Positions 19,563 through 29,436 of a stretch of 64,000 nucleotides of DNA are shown one piece after another (within the stretch, counting starts at the first letter, position 1; each line of letters starts with the position of its first letter). Made by a program: the position numbers and the translations under genes. The stretch lies in NCBI GenBank assembly GCA_016930235.1, contig JAFGHI010000030.1:43834-107833 (forward strand), written 5' to 3'. Source of the DNA: Candidatus Omnitrophota bacterium. GTDB taxonomy: Bacteria; Omnitrophota; Omnitrophia; Omnitrophales; Aquincolibacteriaceae. Under the pieces are notes generated by a model. It ran no database searches. It saw only the letters and a list, made by a program, of their open reading frames with translations, and had not been told where the DNA came from.

Positions 19563-20369
19563 ATGAGAAAATCGAGAAATGAAACCCTCGTGGGTATGTT
19601 TGTTATCTTAGGTTTTATCTTGTTAACAACCGTTGTTTTCTTTGTCAGCGGTGTTTATTTCTTCCGCTCGGGGTATTCGTTGAATGTGATGTACGATTTT
19701 ATCAGTATTCTGGATAAGGGTGCTCCTGTGCGTTTGGCAGGGGTCCGTGTCGGAGAAGTAAGCCGTGTCGATCTTATCTATGATCAAAACAAAGAAAGAT
19801 CGCGGGTCAAAGTAAAACTTTTTATTGAAAAGGGGGTGGAAATTAAAGAAAACTATTTGTTTAAGATTCAAGGGACTCACATTTTAAGTGAGCCGCATAT
19901 TGAAGTCGAACCCCAGCCCGGAAATGCCCCATTGGTTCGTGATGGGCATCTGATGGAGGGGTACGATCCGGTCCCTGTTGAAGCCTTGATTGAGCGCGGG
20001 CATCGAATTGCCGATAATTTTAATGAGATTATTGAGAGGTTACGGGATGCCCTTCGCGATGAGGAAACCGGACGTGCCATGAAAGACATTGTAACTCATC
20101 TGGCGGGCGTGACGGGATCTTTGGATAAGGTTTTAAAGGGATCCGAGGATGATCTAACAGGTGCGGTGAAGGATCTTCAGGCGTCGACAGAGTCCCTTCG
20201 TAACATTCTTGATACGATTGAAAAGGGAGAAGGAACTGCGGGAAAACTTCTCGTCAAAGACGAGCTTTATCAGGAAATCCGAGAATTTGTCGCGGAGATC
20301 AAAGCTCATCCCTGGAAATTAATGAAACGGGATGACAAAGACGATAAGAAAGGGTTCCTCTTTTTTTAA
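19563..20369 (+). CDS. mlaD: MCE-domain protein MlaD
   Basis: It has an N-terminal TM segment followed by an MCE domain, and follows mlaEF. Confidence 0.8.
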   Translation: MRKSRNETLVGMFVILGFILLTTVVFFVSGVYFFRSGYSLNVMYDFISILDKGAPVRLAGVRVGEVSRVDLIYDQNKERSRVKVKLFIEKGVEIKENYLFKIQGTHILSEPHIEVEPQPGNAPLVRDGHLMEGYDPVPVEALIERGHRIADNFNEIIERLRDALRDEETGRAMKDIVTHLAGVTGSLDKVLKGSEDDLTGAVKDLQASTESLRNILDTIEKGEGTAGKLLVKDELYQEIREFVAEIKAHPWKLMKRDDKDDKKGFLFF

Positions 20370-20414
20370 TAAAATTTTAATTTTATTTCATGTGAGCGAT
20401 ATTCAAAAAGGAGT

Positions 20415-21509
20415 TTGATTATGGTAGCGATTATTCGAATTTTATTTGTTCTGGGCTGTGCGGGATATGGTTATGTTGCCAATATCTCGTGGCTCCCGGA
20501 TTTGGGAGATCCCTTCACGGCTTATGCGGGGGCTGGGATTGGATTTTTCATTGGAATGTTGGTGATCTTGATTGATATATTTTTCAAGCAGTTTACGGTT
20601 CGAAATATCTTATCAATCTTGATCGGAGCAGGGCTGGGTCTTTTGGTGCACCGCCTTTTCATGATGGTGATTGTGTACGCGGATTTTCCCCTTGCCTCAG
20701 AAAGGCAACTCGGGATTGCCACGGCGATTATCTTCACCTATCTGGGGGTCATCACGGTTCTAAGAGGCCAGGATGAATTTTCTCTGATGCTTCCGTTTGT
20801 GACCTTAGACAAGAAAGGTGCTAAGGAAGAACTGATTTTGCTTGATACGAGCGTCATTATTGACGGGCGCATTGCGGATATCTGCAAGACCCATTTTCTT
20901 CCGGGTAAACTTATCTTACCCCGTTTTGTTTTAAAAGAGCTTCAATTGATCTCGGATTCTTCGGATCCCTTAAAACGGAACCGGGGGCGGCGGGGATTGG
21001 ATGTTCTCAATAAGATCAAAGAAAATCCGAATTTGATTGTCAAAATCAATGAGATGGATTTCCCTGAATTTTCCACCGTCGATGCCAAACTGGTCAAGAT
21101 GGCTCAGGTTCTGGATGCCAAGATTTTTACCAACGATTTTAACCTGAACAAAGTTGCTGAGCTTCAGGGTGTGAAGGTTCTCAATATTAATGAACTTGCG
21201 AATGCTTTGAAACCGATTGTGATGCCCGGGGAAATGATGCAGGTCAAGATCCTTAAAGAGGGCAAAGAGCATGACCAAGGTGTCGCATACCTGGATGACG
21301 GAACGATGGTGGTCGTTGACAATGGAAGACGCCGAATTGGGCAAACCATGAATGTATCCATCACCAGTGTTCTTCAAACACAAGCAGGCCGAATGATTTT
21401 TGCGAAGATACCTGAAAATGGCGACAGACCGGATCGCAATAATGACCAACGGCGAGACCGGCATCAACGGCATGATCAGCGCCGTTTCGGGCAGGGCGGT
21501 GGGAGGTAA
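20415..21509 (+). CDS. PIN/TRAM domain protein with N-terminal TM segments (YacL-like)
   Basis: It has 3-4 N-terminal TM helices, a PIN domain (LLDTSVIIDGR) and a C-terminal TRAM-like region. It sits upstream of ispDF, as in Bacillus. Confidence 0.7.
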   Translation: MIMVAIIRILFVLGCAGYGYVANISWLPDLGDPFTAYAGAGIGFFIGMLVILIDIFFKQFTVRNILSILIGAGLGLLVHRLFMMVIVYADFPLASERQLGIATAIIFTYLGVITVLRGQDEFSLMLPFVTLDKKGAKEELILLDTSVIIDGRIADICKTHFLPGKLILPRFVLKELQLISDSSDPLKRNRGRRGLDVLNKIKENPNLIVKINEMDFPEFSTVDAKLVKMAQVLDAKIFTNDFNLNKVAELQGVKVLNINELANALKPIVMPGEMMQVKILKEGKEHDQGVAYLDDGTMVVVDNGRRRIGQTMNVSITSVLQTQAGRMIFAKIPENGDRPDRNNDQRRDRHQRHDQRRFGQGGGR

Positions 21510-21514
21510 GGTGG

Positions 21515-22711
21515 ATGCGTGTCAGCCTCATCGTCGCGGCAGGGGGAAGCAGCCTTCGATTCCGTGAAAGTTTAATTCGTCGCGGGACAAAACACGGGAA
21601 GGAATCAGAGGCAGGGAAACTGTTTCAATGGCTCGCAGGTAAACCTGTTCTGGTGCACAGCCTTTTAGCCTTCAAGAAGATACCCCAGATCCAAGAGACC
21701 TTTGTTGCCATTGCTCCGGCCCTCAAGAAGCCGTTGGAGAAGGTGCTTAAGCAAGAAGGGCTTGTTCACGTACGAGTTGTCCGGGGCGGAAAGACGAGGG
21801 CCGAATCTGTTTGGAATGCACTCCGGCGAACGAGAACAAACCATGATTGGGTGATGGTTCATGACGGGGCGAGGCCTCTTGTGAACTCCGAGACTATCCG
21901 GAAGGTTTTACGGGCAGCCAAACACGCAGATGGTGTTGTCTTAGCCAGCAAGGTTGTTCCTACCATTAAGGAAGTGGATTCCGCAGGGACTATACAACAG
22001 ACGGTTGATCGTACGGTTTTGCGTGAAGCCGAAACACCGCAGCTCGTGAAAAGAGATTTATTGATAAGGGCCTACCGGAAGGTGCCAAACGCTATGAAAG
22101 CGACTGACGAAGCCTCTTTGCTTGAATTGATCGGCAGATGCGTCAAAGTCATTACTCATGAGGATTGGAACCCTAAAATTACGACCCTTGCGGATTTGGA
22201 GCGTGCGAAGGGATATATCGAAGGCGAGGAGAACCCGATCTTTTATGGGTTAGGCTTTGACTCCCACAAACTGGCGCTTGGGCGTCCCTTTTATCTTGGA
22301 GGCGTGCGGATCCCATATGCAAAAGGAGCGCTAGGCCATTCCGATGGGGATGCGCTTCTCCATGCGATTACCGATGCAATTTTAGGTGCCATCGGAGAGG
22401 GTGATATCGGAGAATGGTTTTCGGATCGAGATCCCCGCTGGAAGAATGTTCGAAGCGGCCGATTGTTGAGAAAAGTTGTTGCGAGGGCGGATGAAAAAGG
22501 ATGGCGGACAGAGCATGTAGATTCCGTCATTATCCTCCAAAAACCAAAATTAAGTCCCTACAAAGAGAAGATCCGGAAAAAGATTGCATCGGACCTCTCA
22601 ATCCCTCCTGCCCGGGTTTCTGTGAAGGCCAAAACGATGGAAGGCCTTGAGAGCATGGAAGGCGGTGATGTTGTTATTTGCGAGGCCATTGTTTCGATGA
22701 GGAGAAAATAG
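21515..22711 (+). CDS. ispDF: Bifunctional IspD/IspF (MEP cytidylyltransferase / MEcPP synthase)
   Basis: The N-terminus VSLIVAAGGSSLRF matches IspD. The C-terminus YGLGFDSH...GHSDGDALLHAITDAILGA matches IspF. Confidence 0.9.
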   Translation: MRVSLIVAAGGSSLRFRESLIRRGTKHGKESEAGKLFQWLAGKPVLVHSLLAFKKIPQIQETFVAIAPALKKPLEKVLKQEGLVHVRVVRGGKTRAESVWNALRRTRTNHDWVMVHDGARPLVNSETIRKVLRAAKHADGVVLASKVVPTIKEVDSAGTIQQTVDRTVLREAETPQLVKRDLLIRAYRKVPNAMKATDEASLLELIGRCVKVITHEDWNPKITTLADLERAKGYIEGEENPIFYGLGFDSHKLALGRPFYLGGVRIPYAKGALGHSDGDALLHAITDAILGAIGEGDIGEWFSDRDPRWKNVRSGRLLRKVVARADEKGWRTEHVDSVIILQKPKLSPYKEKIRKKIASDLSIPPARVSVKAKTMEGLESMEGGDVVICEAIVSMRRK

Positions 22712-22712
22712 G

Positions 22713-24134
22713 ATGGTTCGAGTTCGGTTTGCACCTTCACCTACGGGGTATCTGCATTTGGGAAATATTCGCACGGCACTTTTTAATTTCCTTTTTGCGC
22801 GGCATCACGGGGGCAAATTTATTTTCCGCGTGGAAGATACGGACCGGGAAAGGTCCCGGCCTGAGTTTGAGAAAGCTCAAATCGACGATCTGTTATGGAT
22901 GGGAGTGGTGCCGGATGAAGGGCCGGGGTTCGGAGGAGATTTTGGGCCTTATCGCCAATCCGAACGGCTTGGGATTTATCGAGACGCGATTCGGAAGCTA
23001 ATCGACCAAGGGCATGCTTATGATTGTTATGTGACCGAAGAAGAAGTTGAAGAGATGAGGCAAAACGCGCGAGCGGAAAAAAGGTCGTTTCATTTCGATA
23101 ATCGGGGAAGGTCTTTCAGTCAGGGAGAGATTGCCCAGAGGAAGGCGAAGGGCATACGGCCTGCCGTGCGTTTCAAGATTGAGAACCCGCACTTGGAAGT
23201 CCATGACCTTATCCGGGGGAAGGTTTCCTTCAACTTAGATGACATGGTTGGGGATTTTATCATTCAGCGTGCTGATGGGATGCCGACCTTCCATTTGGTT
23301 GTTTGTGTCGATGATGCGAGGATGGAGATTACGCATGTTATCCGCGGGGAGGATCATCTTTCCAATACGCCGAAACATTTGCTTCTTTTTCAAGCGTTGG
23401 GGGCCGAATCGCCGCAATTCGGTCATTTGCCGCTCGTTCAAGGCGAGGGGGGGCAAACCCTTTCCAAACGTTTAGACTCCGTATCGATGCGCGCCTTCCG
23501 TGGAAAAGGTTATTTGCCTCACGCGCTTGCCAATTATATGGCGTTGCTGGGGTGGTCCCCGGGAAATGATCAGGAGATTTTTACCTTGGAAGAGCTTCAG
23601 CGGGCGTTTGATTTAGGACGCGTTGGACGGTCTAGCGCCATCTTTGATCCCCAGAAACTTGATTGGATGAATGGGGAACATTTGAGGAGACTGTCGGGGG
23701 AAGAGTTTGCCGAGTCGGCTTTGCGGTATTTGGAGGAGCAAGGTTCCATGGATCTTAATCCCGGTTTGCTGAAGAATGTCCTTGCGATCTTTCAAGATAA
23801 GATTGAACGTTTCGATCAATTGCCCGAGGCCTTAAAGATTCTTCAAGACGAATTTGATTACGAGGATGAAGCCTTGATGAAGGCGGATGAATCCAAGATG
23901 ATTTTTCGTGCTGCACTTGAAATTTTAGACGAATGGTCTAAAGAACCGTCTGATTTATATCAAGGACTCGTTGAGGAATTGAAGAAGAAGGTCCCGGCAA
24001 AAGGCAAGAGCCTCTTTCATCCGATCAGGATGGCGGTAACGGGCAGAGTCCATGGCCCGGAATTAAAACGGGTTATCCCTGTCCTTGGGCGTGATAAAAT
24101 AAAAGGCCGTTTCCGGCGGGCGCTTCAAATCTAA
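22713..24134 (+). CDS. gltX: Glutamyl-tRNA synthetase
   Basis: RFAPSPTGYLHLGN gives the HIGH motif, and LSKR gives the KMSKS motif. Confidence 0.9.
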   Translation: MVRVRFAPSPTGYLHLGNIRTALFNFLFARHHGGKFIFRVEDTDRERSRPEFEKAQIDDLLWMGVVPDEGPGFGGDFGPYRQSERLGIYRDAIRKLIDQGHAYDCYVTEEEVEEMRQNARAEKRSFHFDNRGRSFSQGEIAQRKAKGIRPAVRFKIENPHLEVHDLIRGKVSFNLDDMVGDFIIQRADGMPTFHLVVCVDDARMEITHVIRGEDHLSNTPKHLLLFQALGAESPQFGHLPLVQGEGGQTLSKRLDSVSMRAFRGKGYLPHALANYMALLGWSPGNDQEIFTLEELQRAFDLGRVGRSSAIFDPQKLDWMNGEHLRRLSGEEFAESALRYLEEQGSMDLNPGLLKNVLAIFQDKIERFDQLPEALKILQDEFDYEDEALMKADESKMIFRAALEILDEWSKEPSDLYQGLVEELKKKVPAKGKSLFHPIRMAVTGRVHGPELKRVIPVLGRDKIKGRFRRALQI

Positions 24135-24143
24135 GGAGTCGAT

Positions 24144-25646
24144 GTGACGATTCGGTTAACAAATACCTTAACGGGAGAAATTGAGGAATTTCAGCCTTTA
24201 AAGAAAGGCGAGGTGGGGATCTATACCTGCGGACCCACGGTCTATGATTATGCCCATATCGGCAATTTCAGGACTTTTGTTTTCGAGGATCTTCTCAGGC
24301 GGTTCCTGGAATTTCAGGGGTTTCGGGTCAAACACGTCATGAATGTGACGGATGTCGATGACAAAACCATTGCCGGGGCCGTCCGTGAACATAAAAGCCT
24401 CAAGGAATACACCGAATTTTATACCCGGGCTTTTTTAGAAGACTTGAAGGTGCTGAATATCCTACCTCCGACCCTTCAACCGAAGGCGACCGATGAGATT
24501 CATGGTTCAGGGGGGATGATTGAATTGATCAAGGGACTTGTCGATAAAGGCTTCGCTTATGAAAGTGACGGGTCGGTTTATTACCGCGTTTCAAAATTTT
24601 CCGATTATGGAAAATTGTCCGGTAAGGACATCGACCGGAATATCGTCGGGGCCCGGGTGGATTCCGATGAGTATGAGAAAGAGGCCGGAACCGATTTTGT
24701 GTTATGGAAGAAGTCAAAAGAAGGGGAACCGGGCTGGGATTCTCCCTGGGGCATGGGAAGGCCCGGCTGGCATATTGAGTGCTCGGCGATGAGTATGAAA
24801 TATTTGGGCAAGACGTTTGATATCCATGCAGGGGGCGAAGACCTTATTTTCCCGCATCATGAAAATGAGATTGCCCAGTCCGAGGCCTTCAGCCAAACGA
24901 AACCCTTCGTCCGTTACTGGCTTCATTGCAAGTTTCTTCTCGTGAACGGCGAAAAGATGTCCAAATCGAAAGGGAACTTCTATACTCTGCGTGATTTATT
25001 GAAGCAGGGAGCGGATCCGATGGCCATTCGTTTTGCTCTTTTAGCTGTCAGCTACCGGATGCCGCTTAATTTTACCTTCGAGGGCCTCGAGGCTGTTAGC
25101 GAGATCATTAAGAAGTTGGATGACTGCTATTTTGATTGTCTCTCCAGGTTCTGTGATAAGACCTACGAGCCGCAACGCGAACCTGATGCCCAGGAAAAAG
25201 AGCGCATGCAGGTCAGTTTAAAGAAATCGTTGGAATCTTACATGAATAAAATTATCGGGGCCTTCAGTAATGATCTTGCTATTTCTATTGCCGTTGCCGA
25301 AATCTTGACAGCGGTCAGTCATATCAACAGCGACTTGACCTTGCCGTATTCGACGTCAAGGAATGAGGAGAATGTTCGAGCAGCCATCGGTTTCTTTGGA
25401 GACATTGATCGTCTCTTGGGTCTCGATATTTCTTCTGTGAAAGATATCCCGGCCGATGTTCAAAAACGCGTGATCGAACGTAATAAGGTCAGACAACATT
25501 CTGATTTTAAAAAGGACAAGACATTGCAGGCAAAGTCGGATGTGATGCGTGGTGAGATCGAAAAAATGGGATGGCTCGTGAAGGATTCAAGGCCGGGGGA
25601 AGCATCGCGTTTAAAAAAGAAACGCCGGACGTGGGAGTCTAACTAA
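24144..25646 (+). CDS. cysS: Cysteinyl-tRNA synthetase
   Basis: It has CGPTVYDYAHIGN (HIGH), KMSKS and the CysRS zinc ligands. Confidence 0.9.
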   Translation: MTIRLTNTLTGEIEEFQPLKKGEVGIYTCGPTVYDYAHIGNFRTFVFEDLLRRFLEFQGFRVKHVMNVTDVDDKTIAGAVREHKSLKEYTEFYTRAFLEDLKVLNILPPTLQPKATDEIHGSGGMIELIKGLVDKGFAYESDGSVYYRVSKFSDYGKLSGKDIDRNIVGARVDSDEYEKEAGTDFVLWKKSKEGEPGWDSPWGMGRPGWHIECSAMSMKYLGKTFDIHAGGEDLIFPHHENEIAQSEAFSQTKPFVRYWLHCKFLLVNGEKMSKSKGNFYTLRDLLKQGADPMAIRFALLAVSYRMPLNFTFEGLEAVSEIIKKLDDCYFDCLSRFCDKTYEPQREPDAQEKERMQVSLKKSLESYMNKIIGAFSNDLAISIAVAEILTAVSHINSDLTLPYSTSRNEENVRAAIGFFGDIDRLLGLDISSVKDIPADVQKRVIERNKVRQHSDFKKDKTLQAKSDVMRGEIEKMGWLVKDSRPGEASRLKKKRRTWESN

Positions 25647-26275
25647 TGTCCAAGTCCAAGGGGCTTTTTATTACCTTTGAAGGGACGGAAGGAAGCGGTA
25701 AAAGCACTCAAATCAAGAGGGCTGTTCAATTTCTGAAAAACCGGGGACACCGCGTTTTGATTTTGAGGGAGCCGGGGGGTACGAGGATCAGCGAATCGGT
25801 TCGCAAAGTGATCTTAAATAAGAAATTTCGTGAAATGACTCAGGAAACGGAACTCCTTCTTTATTTGGCTTGCCGGGCCCAAATTTTGCGAGAGAAGATT
25901 TTACCCGCTTTATCTAAAGGAGTGGTCGTTATTTGTGACCGGTTCGAAGATTCCACGCTGGCCTATCAAGGCTATGGGCGCGGGATTCCACTGGCGAAAA
26001 TAAGAGAAGTGAGCCGTTTATTTGTTCGCGGGAATCTCCGTCCGGATCTTATTTTTCTTTTGGACATGGATCCCGTCGAAGGAATGAAACGGGGAGGCCG
26101 CAATGACCGGATCGAAAAAGAATCGATACGGTTTCATCAAAGGGTTCGAAGGGGATACTTGGCCATGGCGAAGAAAGAACGAAACCGGTATGTTGTGTTG
26201 AAAGCGTCTGAATCCAAAGATGCCCTTACGAAGAAAATCAAGGAGCGATTGATCGATGCCGTGGGAAAGTCTTAG
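25646..26275 (+). CDS. tmk: Thymidylate kinase
   Basis: FITFEGTEGSGKSTQ is a P-loop. Its start overlaps the cysS stop by 1 nt (TAATG). Confidence 0.9.
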   Translation: MSKSKGLFITFEGTEGSGKSTQIKRAVQFLKNRGHRVLILREPGGTRISESVRKVILNKKFREMTQETELLLYLACRAQILREKILPALSKGVVVICDRFEDSTLAYQGYGRGIPLAKIREVSRLFVRGNLRPDLIFLLDMDPVEGMKRGGRNDRIEKESIRFHQRVRRGYLAMAKKERNRYVVLKASESKDALTKKIKERLIDAVGKS

Positions 26276-27083
26276 AAATCAGGATTTTGCGGTTCGTGTT
26301 TTGCGCGCTCATTTGGAGGCGAAAAGGATTGCGCCGACTTATTTACTTTCCGGTAAACATTCCTCGGACAAGGAAGCTTTGGCCGAGGCCTTTGCGTCGG
26401 CTTTAAATTGCGAACGGGGGCAATTCTTTTCGGAATGTTCATGCCTGCAATGTCACAAGGTCCAAAGCGGGAATCATCCGGATGTCTTATGGATCGGGTG
26501 GGATCTAAAAGAGCGTTCCATCAAGATTGAGGAGATGCGTCAATTGGTCAGCGGGGCATCGCTCAAGCCTTATGAAGGCAAATGGAAGGTTTTCATCCTT
26601 TGTGGAGCCGAGCGACTTACAACGGATGCGGCTAATTCGCTTCTAAAATCCTTGGAAGAACCTCCGCCCAACTCTGTCTTTCTTTTGCTGGTGGAAAGCA
26701 AGTCCCATCTGATGGAAACGATCCAGTCGCGTGTTTTTGAAATTCGCTTAAAACCATGTGATTCGAAAACAGAGTTTGAGAAGTCCTATCCTCAGGAATG
26801 GCAGAGCGAGGATTGGATCGATATTCTTGAGGCTTATCAAAAGACGCCCCGTGAAGAGTTGAAAGATGTTTTGGACCAACTCATGAGCTACTACCGGGAA
26901 AAGATTCATCAGGGTATCAATTCGAGCCAATTGAGCCATCAACACCTTGAAGCTTGCCTCGATGCAATTGATAAGATCCGCGAAACAAAAGATGCGGTGG
27001 CCGCTAACGTCAATCAAAAATTGGCGCTGACAAGATTAACGATTCATCTCAGAAACAGATTGAAAGAGAAGGTAGCTCCATGA
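26256..27083 (+). CDS. holB: DNA polymerase III delta-prime subunit
   Basis: Its AAA+-like N-terminus contains a zinc module (CLQCHKVQSGNHPD). Confidence 0.8.
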   Translation: MPWESLRNQDFAVRVLRAHLEAKRIAPTYLLSGKHSSDKEALAEAFASALNCERGQFFSECSCLQCHKVQSGNHPDVLWIGWDLKERSIKIEEMRQLVSGASLKPYEGKWKVFILCGAERLTTDAANSLLKSLEEPPPNSVFLLLVESKSHLMETIQSRVFEIRLKPCDSKTEFEKSYPQEWQSEDWIDILEAYQKTPREELKDVLDQLMSYYREKIHQGINSSQLSHQHLEACLDAIDKIRETKDAVAANVNQKLALTRLTIHLRNRLKEKVAP

Positions 27084-28627
27084 GCCGTCAAACGCGTTAT
27101 ATCACTTCTCCCATTTACTATGTGAACGCCAAACCTCATATCGGGCACGCCTATACGAATATTCTTTGCGATACCTTCTCGCGCTATTACCGTTTTCTGG
27201 GAGAGAAGACTTTCTTTATTACGGGGACCGATGAGCACGGTGCCAAGATGGAAAAAACCGCCAAAGAAAAAAATATGGATCCCAAAGCTTATGCCGATCT
27301 TATTTCCCCAACGTTTAAAGAGCTTTGGCGGTTATTGGGGATTCGCTATGATTATTTTATTCGCACCACAGACGACTATCACAAGCAGGTGGTTTGTAAT
27401 ATCCTCAAAAGGCTGGAAGCCAAGGGAGATATTTATCCTTCCAGCTATACTGGCTGGTATTGTGTCCCTTGTGAGACCTTTTGGACGAAGCTTCAATTGA
27501 TCGACGGGAAATGTCCGGAATGTCGCCGGGAAGTTCAGGAATTGAGCGAGGATAATTACTTCTTCCGGTTGTCAAAGTATCAGGACTGGCTTATTCAGTA
27601 TATCGAAGATCATCCGGCGTTTATTCGTCCCGATTTCCGCCGGAATGAAATCCTGTCTTTTTTGAAACAGCCTCTTGAAGATCTGTGCATTACGCGTTCG
27701 AAAAAACGTTTAAGCTGGGGCATTGAATATCCCAATTCGAAGGATCATGTGGTCTATGTGTGGTTTGACGCTCTGATCAATTACCTGAGTGGTATTGGTT
27801 ACACCACGGATGAAAAGAAATTCGAAACGTATTGGCCGGCCGATATCCAATTGATCGGCAAGGACATTTTGAGGCATCATGCGATTTATTGGCCCATTAT
27901 GTTGAAGGCTTGCGATGTCGAACCGCCGGTTGTGATCTTGGCCCATGGATGGTGGACTGTGTCAGGGGCCAAGATGTCCAAGACGGCGGGAAATGTGGTG
28001 GATCCTCTAGAACTTGTTAAAATTTATGGGGTAGATGCTTTCCGCTACTTTCTTTTGCGTGAAGTCACGGTTGGGCATGACGGAGCTTTTTCAGAAGAAC
28101 TATTAAAAGAAAGATATACCAGTGATTTAGCCAATGATTTGGGTAATTTGTGGTTTCGGTTTGCTTCGATGCTGGGGAAATATTTTCATGGAACGATCCC
28201 TAAAGTGCCGGTTAAAATTATGGGGTCGAAATTAATGCAAGAAACATTCCTAACGTGGGATCGTGTTCGGGAATCGATGGAGTGCTATGACCCGCGGGAA
28301 GCCCTGAGTGCAATTTTTCGCGTTATTACACTCGCCAATCAATATGTGGAAGAACAAAAGCCCTGGGTGTTGGCAAAAGATAAAAAGCAAAATGAAAAAC
28401 TTGCCCAAGTCTTGGTGATCCTCGGAGAATGTCTTGCGCATTTGGCGGTACTCCTTCAATCCTTCTTGCCCGATTCGTCCAAAAAGATTCTCGACCGGCT
28501 CAAGATCACGGGTATGGAAATAATTCCCCATAAAGAAGATTTTGAAAAACGGATGATCCGGACGGATACGGGGATCGAACGGGGAGAGGTTCTCTTTCCT
28601 CGTTTGGACGAAAAAAAGACAGACTGA
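27080..28627 (+). CDS. metG: Methionyl-tRNA synthetase (short MetG1 form)
   Basis: It has PHIGH, KMSKT and a CxxC...CxxC zinc knuckle. Confidence 0.9.
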   Translation: MSRQTRYITSPIYYVNAKPHIGHAYTNILCDTFSRYYRFLGEKTFFITGTDEHGAKMEKTAKEKNMDPKAYADLISPTFKELWRLLGIRYDYFIRTTDDYHKQVVCNILKRLEAKGDIYPSSYTGWYCVPCETFWTKLQLIDGKCPECRREVQELSEDNYFFRLSKYQDWLIQYIEDHPAFIRPDFRRNEILSFLKQPLEDLCITRSKKRLSWGIEYPNSKDHVVYVWFDALINYLSGIGYTTDEKKFETYWPADIQLIGKDILRHHAIYWPIMLKACDVEPPVVILAHGWWTVSGAKMSKTAGNVVDPLELVKIYGVDAFRYFLLREVTVGHDGAFSEELLKERYTSDLANDLGNLWFRFASMLGKYFHGTIPKVPVKIMGSKLMQETFLTWDRVRESMECYDPREALSAIFRVITLANQYVEEQKPWVLAKDKKQNEKLAQVLVILGECLAHLAVLLQSFLPDSSKKILDRLKITGMEIIPHKEDFEKRMIRTDTGIERGEVLFPRLDEKKTD

Positions 28628-28662
28628 GAAGCCATGGCTCACAGGAAATCATTAATTCATTC

Positions 28663-29436
28663 ATGATGAACTCTTGGATTGATACCCACACACACCTGGA
28701 TTTTGACGATTTCCGTGATGATTTGAAGGATGTTATCGGGCGTGCCAAGGCGGTTGGCATTCAGTGCATGATTAATGTGGGTGCTGACCTGGCGAGTTCG
28801 GAGAAATCTTTGAGATTAACGCAACTTTATGATTGTCTTTATGCAACGGCCGGTATTCATCCGCACGAAGCCCAAGCGGTGACCCCTGAAGTTATTTTAA
28901 AAATCGAGGAAATATTACAGGAGCGGCATGTCGTAGGGATCGGTGAAGTCGGACTTGATTATTTTCGTGATCATTCTCCCCGTGAAAAACAAAGGGAGGT
29001 CTTCGGCCTATTTCTTGAAATGCATCAAAAATATTCTAAGCCTCTTGTCATCCATTGCCGCGAAGCTTATGAGGATTTACAGGCCATGATGAAGGAGTAC
29101 CTCATGCCTCCTTTTCAGGCAATCAGCCATTGTTTTTCATCCGATAAAGACACCATGAAGGATCTTCTCGATCTCGGATTTTATATCGCTTTCGGAGGGG
29201 CTCTGACTTATAAAAAAAATGATGTGCTTCGAGAAGCCCTCAAGTTTTGTCCGTTGGACCGTCTTTTGCTTGAAACCGATGCTCCGTATTTGCCGCCTCA
29301 AGCCTTTCGGGGGAAAAGGAATGAACCAGCGTATCTGATTGAAACGGCGAAATTGGCTGCCGAGATTAAGAGGATTCATTCCGAAGAACTCGCCCGCCAT
29401 ACAACCGAGAATGCCAAGAAGATTTTTCGGCTATGA
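28663..29436 (+). CDS. tatD: TatD-family metal-dependent hydrolase
   Basis: It has IDTHTHLDFDDF together with conserved His/Asp ligands. Confidence 0.85.
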   Translation: MMNSWIDTHTHLDFDDFRDDLKDVIGRAKAVGIQCMINVGADLASSEKSLRLTQLYDCLYATAGIHPHEAQAVTPEVILKIEEILQERHVVGIGEVGLDYFRDHSPREKQREVFGLFLEMHQKYSKPLVIHCREAYEDLQAMMKEYLMPPFQAISHCFSSDKDTMKDLLDLGFYIAFGGALTYKKNDVLREALKFCPLDRLLLETDAPYLPPQAFRGKRNEPAYLIETAKLAAEIKRIHSEELARHTTENAKKIFRL

